DNA of 63,119 bases, counting the filler, from Octopus bimaculoides (Eukaryota): assembly GCF_001194135.2 (NCBI RefSeq). It is 4 parts of 3 records of this genome, joined end to end, with 100 filler letters (N's around TTAATTAATTAA, not from the genome) between each part and the next. Parts side by side here need not be neighbours in the genome. Positions count along the whole stretch, not along the records: positions 1 to 20,436 come from NC_068983.1; 3 more parts are not named here. One strand, written 5' to 3'. Of this stretch, positions 1-12,759 are shown in pieces; within the stretch, counting starts at the first letter, position 1; every line of letters starts with the position of its first letter. Below the pieces are notes generated by a model that saw only the letters and a program-made list of their open reading frames with translations, did no database searches and was not told the DNA's origin. A program made the position numbers and the translations under genes.

Positions 1-258
1 GAATGTGGTGTGTGCCAGAGGGTTTGCAAATCCAATGGGGGTCTTAAAAGACATGTTAGGATCCACAATGAGCAGAACCTACTTGCAGGTATTGGTAGTG
101 CAAATCAGAGGTGCAATCTGTGTGGGTGTTTTTTCAAAACACTGTCTGGTTTAAAAAGCCACATCAGACGCCATGAAAGGGCTAAGTTGTAGGTGCAGGA
201 GGTGGTCAAACTCTGTTTAAGGAGTAGACAACCACCATATATGTATATATATATATAT
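1..258 (+). mobile_element. 3' end of a non-LTR retrotransposon (probably RTE clade): ORF C-terminus with two C2H2 zinc fingers, short 3' UTR, (TA)n tail
   Basis: Frame 1 reads ECGVCQRVCKSNGGLKRHVRIH...CNLCGCFFKTLSGLKSHIRRH ERAKL* (stop at 190-192). This is two Cx2Cx12Hx3H fingers without a TGEKP linker, followed by about 45 nt of UTR and a TA microsatellite, as seen at RTE LINE C-termini. Confidence 0.55.
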
Positions 259-299
259 TCTGTTTTTGAGCTTTAATGTCAAGTTATAAATCTTGTTAT

Positions 300-1000
300 T
301 GCGGATCCGACTATTCAAACCTGTGTTAAGCGGGCTTTTACTGAACTTGTTAACTTTCAATATAGTCTAAGCTAAGTCTACTCTCTGTAAGCTCTTACAA
401 ATAGTTAAATTACGAAACAGATGGAAGGTGAACACAAGTGATGCTAATAATTCTAGTGTCCTGCGTAATAACGCAATCAGCGAATCAAGAGTGTATGATA
501 TTATTCGTAACATGAAATCTTTATACTCAACAAGAACAAAGTGCTGCTTCAAAATTAAATTTCCAAATAAGAGAGATAAGAAATTGAATGATTGCAATAA
601 AATTAGTTTTGCTAATGAGATAGAAACAGTATTGCTGATTTAAAATGAAGATGCGCGTTGGCTTATCGATTAAAAAATATACAGGATCAGACTTCAGCGA
701 GAAGGGTTAAAAAATCATTGTTAAAAAAATGTTTCTGAACTGCTGTCAAAAAAGATCGTAAGTATATGAAACGAGAACTTAAACTTTTCGAATTGAAAAA
801 TATTAATAATTATAGAGAATGTTCGTGGTCAATTAAACGTACTCAATGTCTTATATAAATTGGCTATGGTAGTAATTTTATCAACGAGTACGACAGCAGA
901 GTGTAGCCAATGGACTAATGCATTATAGTTAAAGTGAATTTCTACAAGGAGTGCGAACAATTTATCCGGACTATTGATAGACATTTGGAGAAAGTTTATT
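300..1000 (+). pseudogene. Highly degraded hAT-like transposase remnant (C-terminal dimerisation region)
   Basis: 854-907 translates YKLAMVVILSTSTTAECS, followed by LK*ISTRSANNLSGLLI. This resembles the hAT dimerisation motif (LALTxPVSTASAERSFS...LK..LR.....RLS.L). Many stops and frameshifts. Confidence 0.35.
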
Positions 1001-1795
1001 TAACGGAATAGCGAAGCTCTAATAATTAAAAGAGATAAGAGTCTGCAACGTGCGAAATATTTCGAAAGCTATTATCCCCTGTAAATCGTTTCATTTTTGG
1101 TGGATTCGAAATTGTAGTAATAGAGTAGCAGAAACTTCCTAAGTTGGTTTACACCCAACGATAGAAGGCTAATGACAGATATTTTTAAGTTAGAGTTTCT
1201 GATGTACAATGATGGGAGCCATTTAAATTTATAATATGCTATTTTAGTACATATTCCAGAGGATTGCTAAAAATAAAAGATGAAACAGGGATGAAATCAA
1301 ACGAATTGTTATTTTTAAAATATTCAAAACTGGAACGGATGGAAATTCGAATGTAGAGATAGAAAAATTGAACCTGGTTAGAAGACAAGATAAATCTTTC
1401 AGCTGCTGTAGTGTCGTGTAAAAATACAATTAGATGTTAAAACGAAAGCAAGCATTTTTTTACAGAGTAAAAAAGAAAAAAAAACAAAACAAAACAAATT
1501 TAATACGCTGATGCAGATCATTAAACTAGAAAACATAAAACTGCATCCACTAGATTTCTTTATTATATCTATATCAATACACTTTAGTCCGTAAGGTATT
1601 TCAGAAAATCAAATTACTTTTCAGAGTCTAGACATCAATCAACGAATATAAATGTAATTTTCGAACACTGCAGTGCCTTTCCGGTGAGGAATGATACAAA
1701 CACATTCGTAATTTGGTTTAATTTGGCCAAATTAAGAATATGTATCTACCATTGTATGTATATATGTATAGAAGTATGTATGTATGTATGTATAT

Positions 1796-1850
<55 letters not shown>

Positions 1851-3079
1851 NNNNNNNNNNNNNNNNNNNNNNNNNNNNNNNNNNNNNNNNNNNNNNNNNN
1901 NNNNNNNNNNNNNNNNNNNNNNNNNNNNNNNNNNNNNNNNNNNNNNNNNNNNNNNNNNNNNNNNNNNNNNNNNNNNNNNNNNNNNNNNNNNNNNNNNNNN
2001 NNNNNNNNNNNNNNNNNNNNNNNNNNNNNNNNNNNNNNNNNNNNNNNNNNNNNNNNNNNNNNNNNNNNNNNNNNNNNNNNNNNNNNNNNNNNNNNNNNNN
2101 NNNNNNNNNNNNNNNNNNNNNNNNNNNNNNNNNNNNNNNNNNNNNNNNNNNNNNNNNNNNNNNNNNNNNNNNNNNNNNNNNNNNNNNNNNNNNNNNNNNN
2201 NNNNNNNNNNNNNNNNNNNNNNNNNNNNNNNNNNNNNNNNNNNNNNNNNNNNNNNNNNNNNNNNNNNNNNNNNNNNNNNNNNNNNNNNNNNNNNNNNNNN
2301 NNNNNNNNNNNNNNNNNNNNNNNNNNNNNNNNNNNNNNNNNNNNNNNNNNNNNNNNNNNNNNNNNNNNNNNNNNNNNNNNNNNNNNNNNNNNATATATAT
2401 GTACACATGTATATATGTGTGTGTGTGTGTGCCTGTGTGTCTGTCTCTTTGTGTGTATGTGTGTGCATGTAGCGTAAACACGAAAGTGCTTTGAAACAAA
2501 AGGGAAAATGTCTTACATTTTGGTCGCTAATCATTCACCAGAAACAGCGGAAGAACTAAATTAAAGGAGAGAAGATTTGGATAAGTAATAATTTAGCAAC
2601 CAGTTATGAATGCTTCTCTATAGAAGTTTTTGGGAACAGAGTAGGAAGCAAGTTGTATACGCATGTAGATGAGGGTAGTGGGGTAGGGAGATGAGTATAA
2701 GGAAAGATATGTGTGATGTGGGACGTGGGTGATTCGTGATGTGTGTAGAAGTGTGCGCATGTGGTAGAGCAGGACTGGCAGGAAGGGCAATAAGCGTGAA
2801 AGTGATATAAGCGGGAGGAATATGTCGGTCACAGAGGGAAAATAGCAAAATCGACGAAGAAATTAGAGTAGTTGCTGAGAAACATGAAATACTCGTCAAA
2901 CATAAATGGCACAAGGTCCAATGTCAGTAGCTTGAAAATTATATAACGGGATGAGTTTCTGTATAACGTTGGAAGAAAAGAGAAATTTAAACGTAAAATT
3001 GCATGTAATACAGATAGGCTATTTGAAAGTCTGAAATCTCTTTGTTTGTCATTTCGGCGCAGATTCCGATATGGACCGC

Positions 3080-4064
3080 TCCTTGGAATCCTCGTCGGAA
3101 GGACAAACAAAGAGATTTCACACTTCCTCAACGTCTGCAGAAGGTTAATGGAAAAGTTCAGAGGGGAGCTGGAAGATTCATGATTTGACAAGTTGACAGC
3201 AGAAGCGAAAACTCATGATCAATGGACCTGACTCAATCAGAACGTCGGAAATCGTCGCTGAAATCAGGACATCAACATCAATCATCTCAGCAAGTCGATG
3301 AGTGCCATTGCACAGGAGAGAGGCGTGGATGAAAAGCTCATCAGTCTGGTGGTGCATGAGGACTTTTTATGCAAGATGTGGAAGGGACGAATTGTGCCCA
3401 AGACGATGCAGAAAAGCGACTCAATCACACCAAAAGACTGATCAATATGTTGAAACACCCGCTGGAGCCAGACATTCTATGATTCAATTCTCGGACGAGA
3501 AGAATTTTTGCCAAGACCAGGAGATCAACTCCCTGGACATCAGGTGACTCGCTGCCTCACCCAGAACGCGGCCAGAGTAATGCAAACGAAATTTCCAGTG
3601 ACCATCATGATCCTCGGTATCGTCAGTAGTTAAGATGACGTTATACCAACCTCCTCTTCCCTGGGAGCCTCAGGCTGAACACCGACGGCTACAACCGTGT
3701 TCTGAGCGAGACGGTGAAGCTCTGGATCGACCAGTAAGCTGCAGATAAGCCCTACATGCCCGTGTGTCAGCATAACTCTGTGACTTGCCACACCAGCTGG
3801 AACATGCATGCTTAGCTGTCGGAGTATTTTTTCCATCGCACAACACCTGAGATTTTGACATCCAACTCGCCTGACTGCAATCCCCCACGACTTATTTTCG
3901 TGAGACACAGTGGAACGAGAGACCAACATATCCAGCTGCAACACGAAGGACGAGCTGAGGGTCAGGATTACCAGGAACCTAAGACCAGAGAAGGAAATGT
4001 AGCCAGTTCCAAAATTACCTGGTGGTTGGTATCAAGACGAAAGGCGGGTTCGTAAAGTGAGGTC
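3080..4064 (+). pseudogene. Tc1/mariner-superfamily (maT/DD37D-like) transposase pseudogene, near full length
   Basis: Across frameshifts: NKEISHFLNVCR (HTH), SKSMSAIAQERGVDEKLISLVVHED, FSDEKNFCQDQ (3488-), VMQTKFPVTIMILGIVS, LRLNTDGY, SNSPDCNP (~3861-3884), C-terminal IKTKGGFVK*. Multiple stops. Confidence 0.85.
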
Positions 4065-4429
4065 TGGAGGTTGTTATCAAGGCCAAAGGCGGGTTCGTAA
4101 AGTGAGGTCGACAGAACATGTTATGAAGACAAACTAACCCAATGTTAACGAATATATTTAAAACAATAAAAACAGTGTCTTATTTTCTCCTGAGAGAGTT
4201 ATCATACAATTAAAGTTGTAGTTGAGAAAATGATGACGTGGAGAACTGTAATCCATCTGAATATCGGTGAAGAGTTACATGTTTCACGATGATTCACATC
4301 GTGTATGAAAATGCCGACATCATGACCGATGCTCGATGATCCATGAACGCTGTAAAGACTAAGATGTCAAATGGACAGTTTCAACGAAAACTAAGAAATG
4401 AACATTAGGAAGGGACATAACAGGCGGTC

Positions 4430-4887
4430 TGACTGCCTTCGCAAGCCGAAGCTCATCTCCATACCCTTGAACATAGCCATAGGCTCATTTCAGGCGGCTA
4501 TGTTAAACTACTGTACAGCGCAGTCAATCTACATTGGAGAGGGTTGCTGTTGGAAGTCCGTATGCGTGGCAGCAGGATTTTTCTCCTTGCCGCACCCACG
4601 GAAAGTGTCAGAAGTAGTTGTCGGAGAATTTCTATGACTTCACCACCCTGATTTCTGGCATCCAAATTACCTTAATTGTAATACCATGGATCACTATGTG
4701 TGGGGCACGATTGAGAAAGACACCAACTACTCTACGTACAATACAAAGGTCGAGCTGGTATCTATGGGTAAGCAGGTTTTCGACGATATTCTCGGGGACA
4801 CATTGACACACACAAATTCCGCAGCCGTCTTGGGCAGCTACGTTGAGTAAACTGTTATTTCCCAGTCATGATCTAGTCTAGTTGATA

Positions 4888-4923
<36 letters not shown>

Positions 4924-5172
4924 NNNNNNNNNNNNNNNNNNNNNNNNNNNNNNNNNNNNNNNNNNNNNNNNNNNNNNNNNNNNNNNNNNNNNNNNNNNNN
5001 NNNNNNNNNNNNNNNNNNNNNNNNNNNNNNNNNNNNNNNNNNNNNNNNNNNNNNNNNNNNNNATATATATATATATACATATATATATGTTTTATTTTCA
5101 AAATGACTTTATCCCACCCCAAAATAATTGCTTTGTTTTTGCAAACTGTCAAAATTAGCCCGAACACCCTCT
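4430..5172 (+). mobile_element. Second maT-like element: transposase C-terminal half plus right TIR, interrupted by (TA)n and a gap
   Basis: Frameshifted translation LERVAVGSPYAWQQD...LSENFYDFTT(P)DFWHPNYLNCNTMDHYVWGTIEKDTN. The right end ...caaaattagcccgaacaccctcTA (~5152-5173) is the reverse complement of a TA-GAGGGTGTTCGGGC Tc1/mariner-type terminus. Confidence 0.75.
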
Positions 5173-5189
5173 ATGTATGTATGTCTCTT

Positions 5190-6220
5190 CTATTTTTTAA
5201 TGATTATAAACCTCCAACAAGCATACAAGGCTCCGTCTTTGCCATGTAATTAACACAGTCAAATTCACATTTGGAACTTGAGAAAAGTCCAGGTTTNNNN
5301 NNNNNNCACTTGTAATGTACGAAATAGCCGTTCGATTTCTCTTTCTGAAAATCCCAGTTTATCCAGATTCTCCTTTAAGCATTTACTAAAAAAAAAAACC
5401 TAGTGGTCATTGGAGCACTATTTTGGTATGAATATGGATTCATATTCTGAATATAGAAGCTGGTGGTTTCGAAGCAATTGTCTATAGATATCCTCTTTTC
5501 TTTTGATTTTCAAAGAGATATTTATATCTGCAGAGCAGCTGACCTCTATGTCGGTACATACTTTTAACCTTATGTACCAAGCAACAATATTCGGCCGGTT
5601 ATATTTACATTTGACAGACGTTTTGATGGGAATATTCCTCCAGTATTCCTTGAGTTGGTGTTTACGAATGTATTCCATAGCAGAGGGATTTTCTAAGTTT
5701 ATTGCAGGACAGTTTTTTTGCGGATGGCATTGTAAATTGTTTTATTGATAACATCGTACCGCTTGGGAGGTAGTACCATGACGGCATTCTAAGACAGCTG
5801 CTAATCACATGCGTGATGTTTTCCACAGCAAAATTGCATAGCTTACACATGTAGTTGCACTTTGTGATTGCAAGAGCATCATTGTCTCTCTTGTTCACCA
5901 GGAACTATGTGGCAAATCTCCTGTTCCTGGATTGCAAACGTATGGCTTTCAAAATGTGAAGTGATGCAATGGTTTTGTGTCCAAGAGAGGCTGCACTTCA
6001 TACCAATTCAACTGTCTTCTTCAAGCTTCCGGACAACATATCCATGCATCGTCTTATTTTTGTATGCTGAGTGCTTTCCGACCGACACATTTTCCTAACT
6101 CTGGCGTAATATTCTCGGGTCACTCTATCTTTATTTACAGTGTCTTCATGATACATTTTCGTCTATGCCTAGACACTTCAAACATTCTTTGTGTCGAATG
6201 GGAGAGGTAGAGAGACAGTT
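5190..6220 (-). mobile_element. R4/Dong-type (restriction-like endonuclease) LINE, 3' portion with 3' UTR, internally deleted
   Basis: Minus strand reads KTMHGY...AIQEQEI...CKLCNFAVENITHVISSC (CCHC knuckle)...KTIYNAIR...EYWRNIPIKT...NRPNIV...IEVSCSADINI...K (RLE domain). The 3' UTR segment 5192-5296 recurs at 48488-48610. Confidence 0.8.
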
Positions 6221-8313
6221 CATGCACAGGTTTTAGGTTTAGGGGACTGTATGTATGTATGAATGCATGTGAGTGTGTATGTGTGTGTTTGTATGTATGT
6301 ATACGTATGTATGTATATATTTATAATATTTATATACGCATGTATATGCTTATGTATGTTTGATATATATATATATATATATATACGTGTGCTTTGCGTG
6401 TGCGCGCGCATGAGCCNNNNNNNNNNNNNNNNNNNNNNNNNNNNNNNNNNNNNNNNNNNNNNNNNNNNNNNNNNNNNNNNNNNNNNNNNNNNNNNNNNNN
6501 NNNNNNNNNNNNNNNNNNNNNNNNNNNNNNNNNNNNNNNNNNNNNNNNNNNNNNNNNNNNNNNNNNNNNNNNNNNNNNNNNNNNNNNNNNNNNNNNNNNN
6601 NNNNNNNNNNNNNNNNNNNNNNNNNNNNNNNNNNNNNNNNNNNNNNNNNNNNNNNNNNNNNNNNNNNNNNNNNNNNNNNNNNNNNNNNNNNNNNNNNNNN
6701 NNNNNNNNNNNNNNNNNNNNNNNNNNNNNNNNNNNNNNNNNNNNNNNNNNNNNNNNNNNNNNNNNNNNNNNNNNNNNNNNNNNNNNNNNNNNNNNNNNNN
6801 NNNNNNNNNNNNNNNNNNNNNNNNNNNNNNNNNNNNNNNNNNNNNNNNNNNNNNNNNNNNNNNNNNNNNNNNNNNNNNNNNNNNNNNNNNNNNNNNNNNN
6901 NNNNNNNNNNNNNNNNNNNNNNNNNNNNNNNNNNNNNNNNNNNNNNNNNNNNNNNNNNNNNNNNNNNNNNNNNNNNNNNNNNNNNNNNNNNNNNNNNNNN
7001 NNNNNNNNNNNNNNNNNNNNNNNNNNNNNNNNNNNNNNNNNNNNNNNNNNNNNNNNNNNNNNNNNNNNNNNNNNNNNNNNNNNNTATATATATATGGATG
7101 AATGTATGCGTTTATGATTCATGTCTGCTACATAACTACATTCCGACCGTGATAATCTATGACGATTTACAACACTGAAGCACACGTACTATTACATTTT
7201 CTAACTAACACTAATGCATACATTACCAGTGATCAATAAATATAGAGTAACAATCTACCGCATCCAATGTAAATAATACAAATCAAACAGGACAAGCACA
7301 ACAAGCAGAGTCATTAACTAGAGAACAAAATATTAATAATCTATAATAGCGGGGAGCTTTACGTGTCAGCTGCCAATCCGATATGTGAATAATTACCAGG
7401 CCTTCTTCTAACCCTCTATTATATGCTCCATAAATAGTTCATACTTCACACGATCTCACTCAATGAGGTCTCTGAAAATAACAAATGGAATATTTAAGAG
7501 GGAGGTAGAGAGAAAAAGTTAGAGAAGTGTAGAGCTGTTTGCGGCAGATGACATTACCCTGATATCTGCCTGCGTATCGATGCCTATCAACATCAACATG
7601 AATGTAACATGACGTTTATATATGTCGGTTAGTGTCGGTGTTTAACAAATGAACGTCTTTTGGCAGCTGAATCTGCTGAATATAGCAGCCAAATCTCTCT
7701 GAAATCCTAGCCAAACCTCTTAAATATGCTATATTTTAGACAATATGATTCCTGGGCTTTCAGAAATGTAAGCGAGCAACGAAATTTCCTTTGCATCATA
7801 CTGCACCATCTATAATTAGAGAAGGATATGTTGCGAGATTTAGTTTCATATTTTACACACACACTCACGCACACACACCCAAACACAGACACGCACACAC
7901 CACACATACTCACGCACACACCACACATACACACACCACACACTCACACACACAGACAAACACAAACACAGAAAGACACACACAGACACAGATACACGCA
8001 CAGACACGCACACACGCACACACGCACATACNNNNNNNNNNNNNNNNNNNNNNNNNNNNNNNNNNNNNNNNNNNNNNNNNNNNNNNNNNNNNNNNNNNNN
8101 NNNNNNNNNNNNNNNNNNNNNNNNNNNNNNNNNNNNNNNNNNNNNNNNNNNNNNNNNNNNNNNNNNNNNNNNNNNNNNNNNNNNNNNNNNNNNNNNNNNN
8201 NNNNAGATAGATATATAAATAGACAAATAGAAAGATAGAAAGATAGATAGATAGAGAGAGAGAGTGTGAGAGAGAAAAAGAGAAAGAGTTTGAAAGAAAG
8301 AAAGAGATCTAGA

Positions 8314-8376
<63 letters not shown>

Positions 8377-9299
8377 TGAGAGAGAGAGTGAGGCTGAGAG
8401 CTGGTGAGGCATAAATATATCTTGATTCCTTGTTGCTAGTAAAGGCTCATGAATATTCATTTCTATCAATATTCATGAAGCTTTAATTATTAATAAAAAG
8501 GTTGGCCACATACGAAACATTTGTTAACATTCAATAGTTTTGGTAACATTCAATTATTTTTCTTTTACTTTTAACATTATTGTTAAATGTGAACAGATGC
8601 ATTAACATTGAATGCTTTTATGTATGTTTTCTAATTCTTGTTTTAAGGAAGGAAATTCTAGAGGTATAAATAATTATAATTATAATAATTATTTCTACCA
8701 CAGGCAGAAAACCTGAAACTTAGGGGGTGGAGCTTATCGATTTCATCTATCTCAGTGCTCTACTGGTATTATTTCACTTTAATAGTAGTGATAACAATCG
8801 GCAAGAAATTGAAACGGAAAGAAGAAAGCCCATGATAATAATTACAAAGATTTCTTCTCCTGATTAGCTACAGGGAACTTCAACGAGTAGTATGTGATNN
8901 NNNNNNNNNNNNNNNNNNNNNNNNNNNNNNNNNNNNNNNNNNNNNNNNNNNNNNNNNNNNNNNNNNNNNNNNNNNNNNNNNNNNNNNNNNNNNNNNNNNN
9001 NNNNNNNNNNNNNNNNNNNNNNNNNNNNNNNNNNNNNNNNNNNNNNNNNNNNNNNNNNNNNNNNNNNNNNNNNNNNNNNNNATATATATATATATATAAA
9101 TGTAAGGGTGAGTGGCAAATTGTAAAACGAATCAGAATAGATAAAAAGAAACAAGAAATATAATAAAATACTCAATAATTAAGACAGTCCAGTATCACGC
9201 ACACCGATTAAAGTGAGAAAATAAGGGGCGAATTTACTTTCAGTAACTGACAGGTAATATGACGTATTCTAAGAATATTTCACTAATATTATTCTAGGT

Positions 9300-10450
9300 T
9301 TTGCTTCTTATTTTCCTTTCGATCAGCTTTCCTCCAGGATCATCTCATGTTTCCTGTTTAAGTTCTATTGCAATACTGTTGCGTTTTCAAATTTCTGTGA
9401 CAAACATTTTATACTACTTCAAGATAGATTCTTCCTCTCCTGATTTGGACTCACTGTCAAAGACGCTAGATACCCAAATGGGTGATATTTACCTGAAGTA
9501 GACTTTTATTCTTTCAGAGGGAATTTTCTACTCACTAGGAGCATTTTCTCTTCATGTGAGATGCAACATTCCTCGAGCATTTGCATTGCAATTTTCAATT
9601 GTTTCATTTAGGTTGACTCCTTTTTGTTCTTAATGAACTCTGTCTGTCATCAGTGACTTTGTTTGTTTCACATCCTCACATTATATAGGATGGTGTTGAG
9701 TTGATGCTTTCTAGTGAATTAATTCTTGATGCTGTTGTCATTGCTCTGAATGATTCTCATTGACTCTTCTGCGTGAGGTTGAGAAAATTGCTGGGTCAAG
9801 ATCATAGCAATGTGGACAGCGGGATCACTTTTGCCTTCCCCCTAATGTGTCCAATGCCGCATTATGAACAACTTTGGTTATTTGTCGATGTTTTAGCTTT
9901 TGTCTTTTAAAACGTTGATTGGATGTCATTACAAGTGTTACTGTTAAACGTGTACCGAGTAAGATTCTTCCATGGATACTGAGTTTTAAGGCCTTCCCCT
10001 CAGCTATCAGCTCTATTCATAATGTATAACGCTGCTATTTTTTATGGTCATGCGGTGTTGTAAGAACTTGCATGTCCATTGTAACCACGCATCGATAAAT
10101 GTGACATCTGAACTTAGAAACTAGTCACGAAAGTAACTAGTGTCCTGGCATCGAACCGTAACCGATGAACTGACAGGGAATTTTACTTTCCTTGTAGTCA
10201 GATATTGCAAGACCAGGTGACTGAAATATAATATGGGTTGGGTTTTAGTCCCATTCGAAGGAGATTTCACTTAGGACCTGCCAGTTTGTCTCCATCTCTT
10301 GTTTGGAAAGCCCTCGTTGCCTTGGCAAAGCACATTTTGAAAATCTTCTCTTCCTACCTAGCTTTAGAATAGCTTATAGTAAGCTAGTGGGCGTCTTATT
10401 AGGTTGCTCTCGTTCTTTCTTTCAGCTAAGCATTCCATATCCAAAGTTTC
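9300..10450 (-). pseudogene. Possible very degraded LTR-retrotransposon (Gypsy-like) gag remnant
   Basis: Fragmentary minus-strand peptides with Cys/His knuckle-like spacing (CS*CGIGHIRG; KCSRNVASHMKRKC) and an acidic stretch. No intact ORF; resemblance is by eye only. Confidence 0.2.
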
Positions 10451-10935
10451 TGGTTTAAATCGGCTCTAGTAAATGATAATTCTTTGTTATTGTTCGCTAT
10501 ATTTTCGTTGGAAAAGTATGTGCATAAACATATATTTTGTTATTGTTATCCTCGCTTATGTTGTTATGCCATGCATTTTAGTTCAAATGTCATCGTTCAG
10601 TTGGTTGTTCATGTGTTTATTCATATTTATAGACATTTTTTCATTTGTTTGTCAGATGTGTTTTCATCTTTAATGTTATTTGTTCTGGAAAACAAGACGC
10701 TAAATTTGTCTTACAGCTAGACGATAGAATAACAATGGAAATATTTTTAAAAACCAGATTTGTTGTTTAATCCCTTTACGAAGAAGACTTTGCTCAAAGT
10801 TCAATAAAGGCCGCTCCGAGAAAAAATCGAAAATGAAAATTACTTCCTTCAGCTACATTTTGAAATCATCTTTTATCCGAAAAACATTTGGGGTATGAAT
10901 GAAGGATAGCTGCAGTAAATAATAATAATCATAAT

Positions 10936-11027
<92 letters not shown>

Positions 11028-11206
11028 ATAAATAAAACCTTCTTCAATACAAAATAGACCGAAATCAGAATAGAGTGCCCTGTAGAACTGTTAAAAACGG
11101 TTTGCTTCATTCGCACACCCAGAATAATCAACAAATTATTAAATAGTGGAAGAAAACAGATAGCACCCTAGAACATCTCCAGCGTTAGAAGCTATGAAAA
11201 GACAGA

Positions 11207-11272
<66 letters not shown>

Positions 11273-11274
<2 letters not shown>

Positions 11275-11650
11275 TCAGCAGATGACAACTTTTCCCTAAA
11301 AGAAATGGAAAAACTTTCAAAATACAAAAACCTGGAAATAGAGGTAACTCGAATGTGGAATCTAAAAACAGAAACAATTCCTATCATAGTAGGTGCCTTA
11401 GGTATAATAAAAAAATATTTAGACAAATATATGACAAAAACATCAGGACTTGCAAATATATATAACATACAGAAAATTGCACTACTGGGCACTGCACACA
11501 TCCGACGCAAAACACTTTCAATACAGCAACCATAAGAGCATCATAGCAAACCTCAGCACATACCGAAGGCACACAGAGCTACGCTCGGTAGTGAAGTGAA
11601 AGCACGTTATAAATATAAAACTACTGAATAATAATAATAATAATAATAAT
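11273..11650 (+). mobile_element. 5'-truncated R4/Dong LINE 3' end, flanked by (TAA)n on both sides
   Basis: ORF 11305-11535 plus the upstream ADDNFSLK: EMEKLSKYKNLEIEVTRMWNLKTETIPIIVGALG...IQKIALLGTAH is the RLE C-terminus. About 90 nt of UTR follow, then a (TAA)n/(TGA)n tail. Confidence 0.9.
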
Positions 11651-11651
11651 A

Positions 11652-11691
<40 letters not shown>

Positions 11692-11692
<1 letters not shown>

Positions 11693-12640
11693 AAAGCACA
11701 TCTGGCAAACACATGAGAATAAAATAAAAATCAAATTAATTGCATAGACAAAAGTACATGAAAAATTAACTAGTAGATGGGAACAGAAACCTCTGCATGG
11801 CAAGTATGTGGTTCGAAGCAAACAAGCTGATGTCGACCAGAAACACACGCATCAATGGTAACGAAGCTCAGGGCCAAAAGCAGAGTGTGAAGATTTCATA
11901 TTAACTGCTCAAGAACATAGCTTATTAACCCAAAAATACCAAGCCAAAGTGATAAAAAATGGAGCTGACCCACAATGCCGATTCTGTAACGATGAGATTG
12001 AAACTATAGACAACCTAATCTCATGATGTAGAGTCTTAGCACCTGTAGAATATAAAGCAAGACATGACAGAGTCGGCCAGTACTTACACAGGACAATATG
12101 TCGGCATTATAAAATCAAAACAGCTGACAAATGGTATAAACATCACCCTGAAGCTGTGACTGAGGGAGAAAATGTATTGATTCTCTGGGACTTCCCCGTA
12201 CATACCGACAAGACTATAAAAGCTAATAAACCGGATATTATTATAAAAGATCAGACCAAAAGGATATCTTTATTAATTGACATTGAGTATTCCTTGCGAT
12301 CACAATATAGCGGTGAAAGAATTTGACAAGATCAGTAAATATAAAGACTTGCTAATAGAAATTGAAAAAATGTGGCATCTCAAGGCGACTGCCGTACCAG
12401 TGATTGTATGATCTCTAGGAATGAGGAAAAAAAAAAGGTACTGAAACCTATTTGAAAATGATACCAGGCCTACAGGAAGTGCAAAAAATCATGTCAACGG
12501 GAACGACTCATGTACTGAGAAGAGCATTATCGCTGTGAAAACAACATCCATTAATTAATTATTTTATTTAAAAAAATTTTTTACATACATATTTTACCTG
12601 TGAATTTGCGTGTGTAAACTGGGAATGCATACAATGAGCT
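11692..12640 (+). mobile_element. R4/Dong LINE C-terminal region (CCHC knuckle + RLE endonuclease), degraded
   Basis: WEQKPLHGKY...DFILTAQEHSLLT...CRFCNDEIETIDNLIS*C...RHDRVGQYLH...ILWDFPVHTDKTIKANKPDIIIKD...LIDI...KEFDKISKYKDL...MWHLK...VPVIV*SLG...RRALSL*. Confidence 0.9.
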
Positions 12641-12759
12641 NNNNNNNNNNNNNNNNNNNNNNNNNNNNNNNNNGTATGGAGCCAAAAATAGCTGACAATG
12701 GGTTGGATTGTATCTGAGGAACTAATACTCATTTAAATGTATTTCTATTTTCCAAATAA

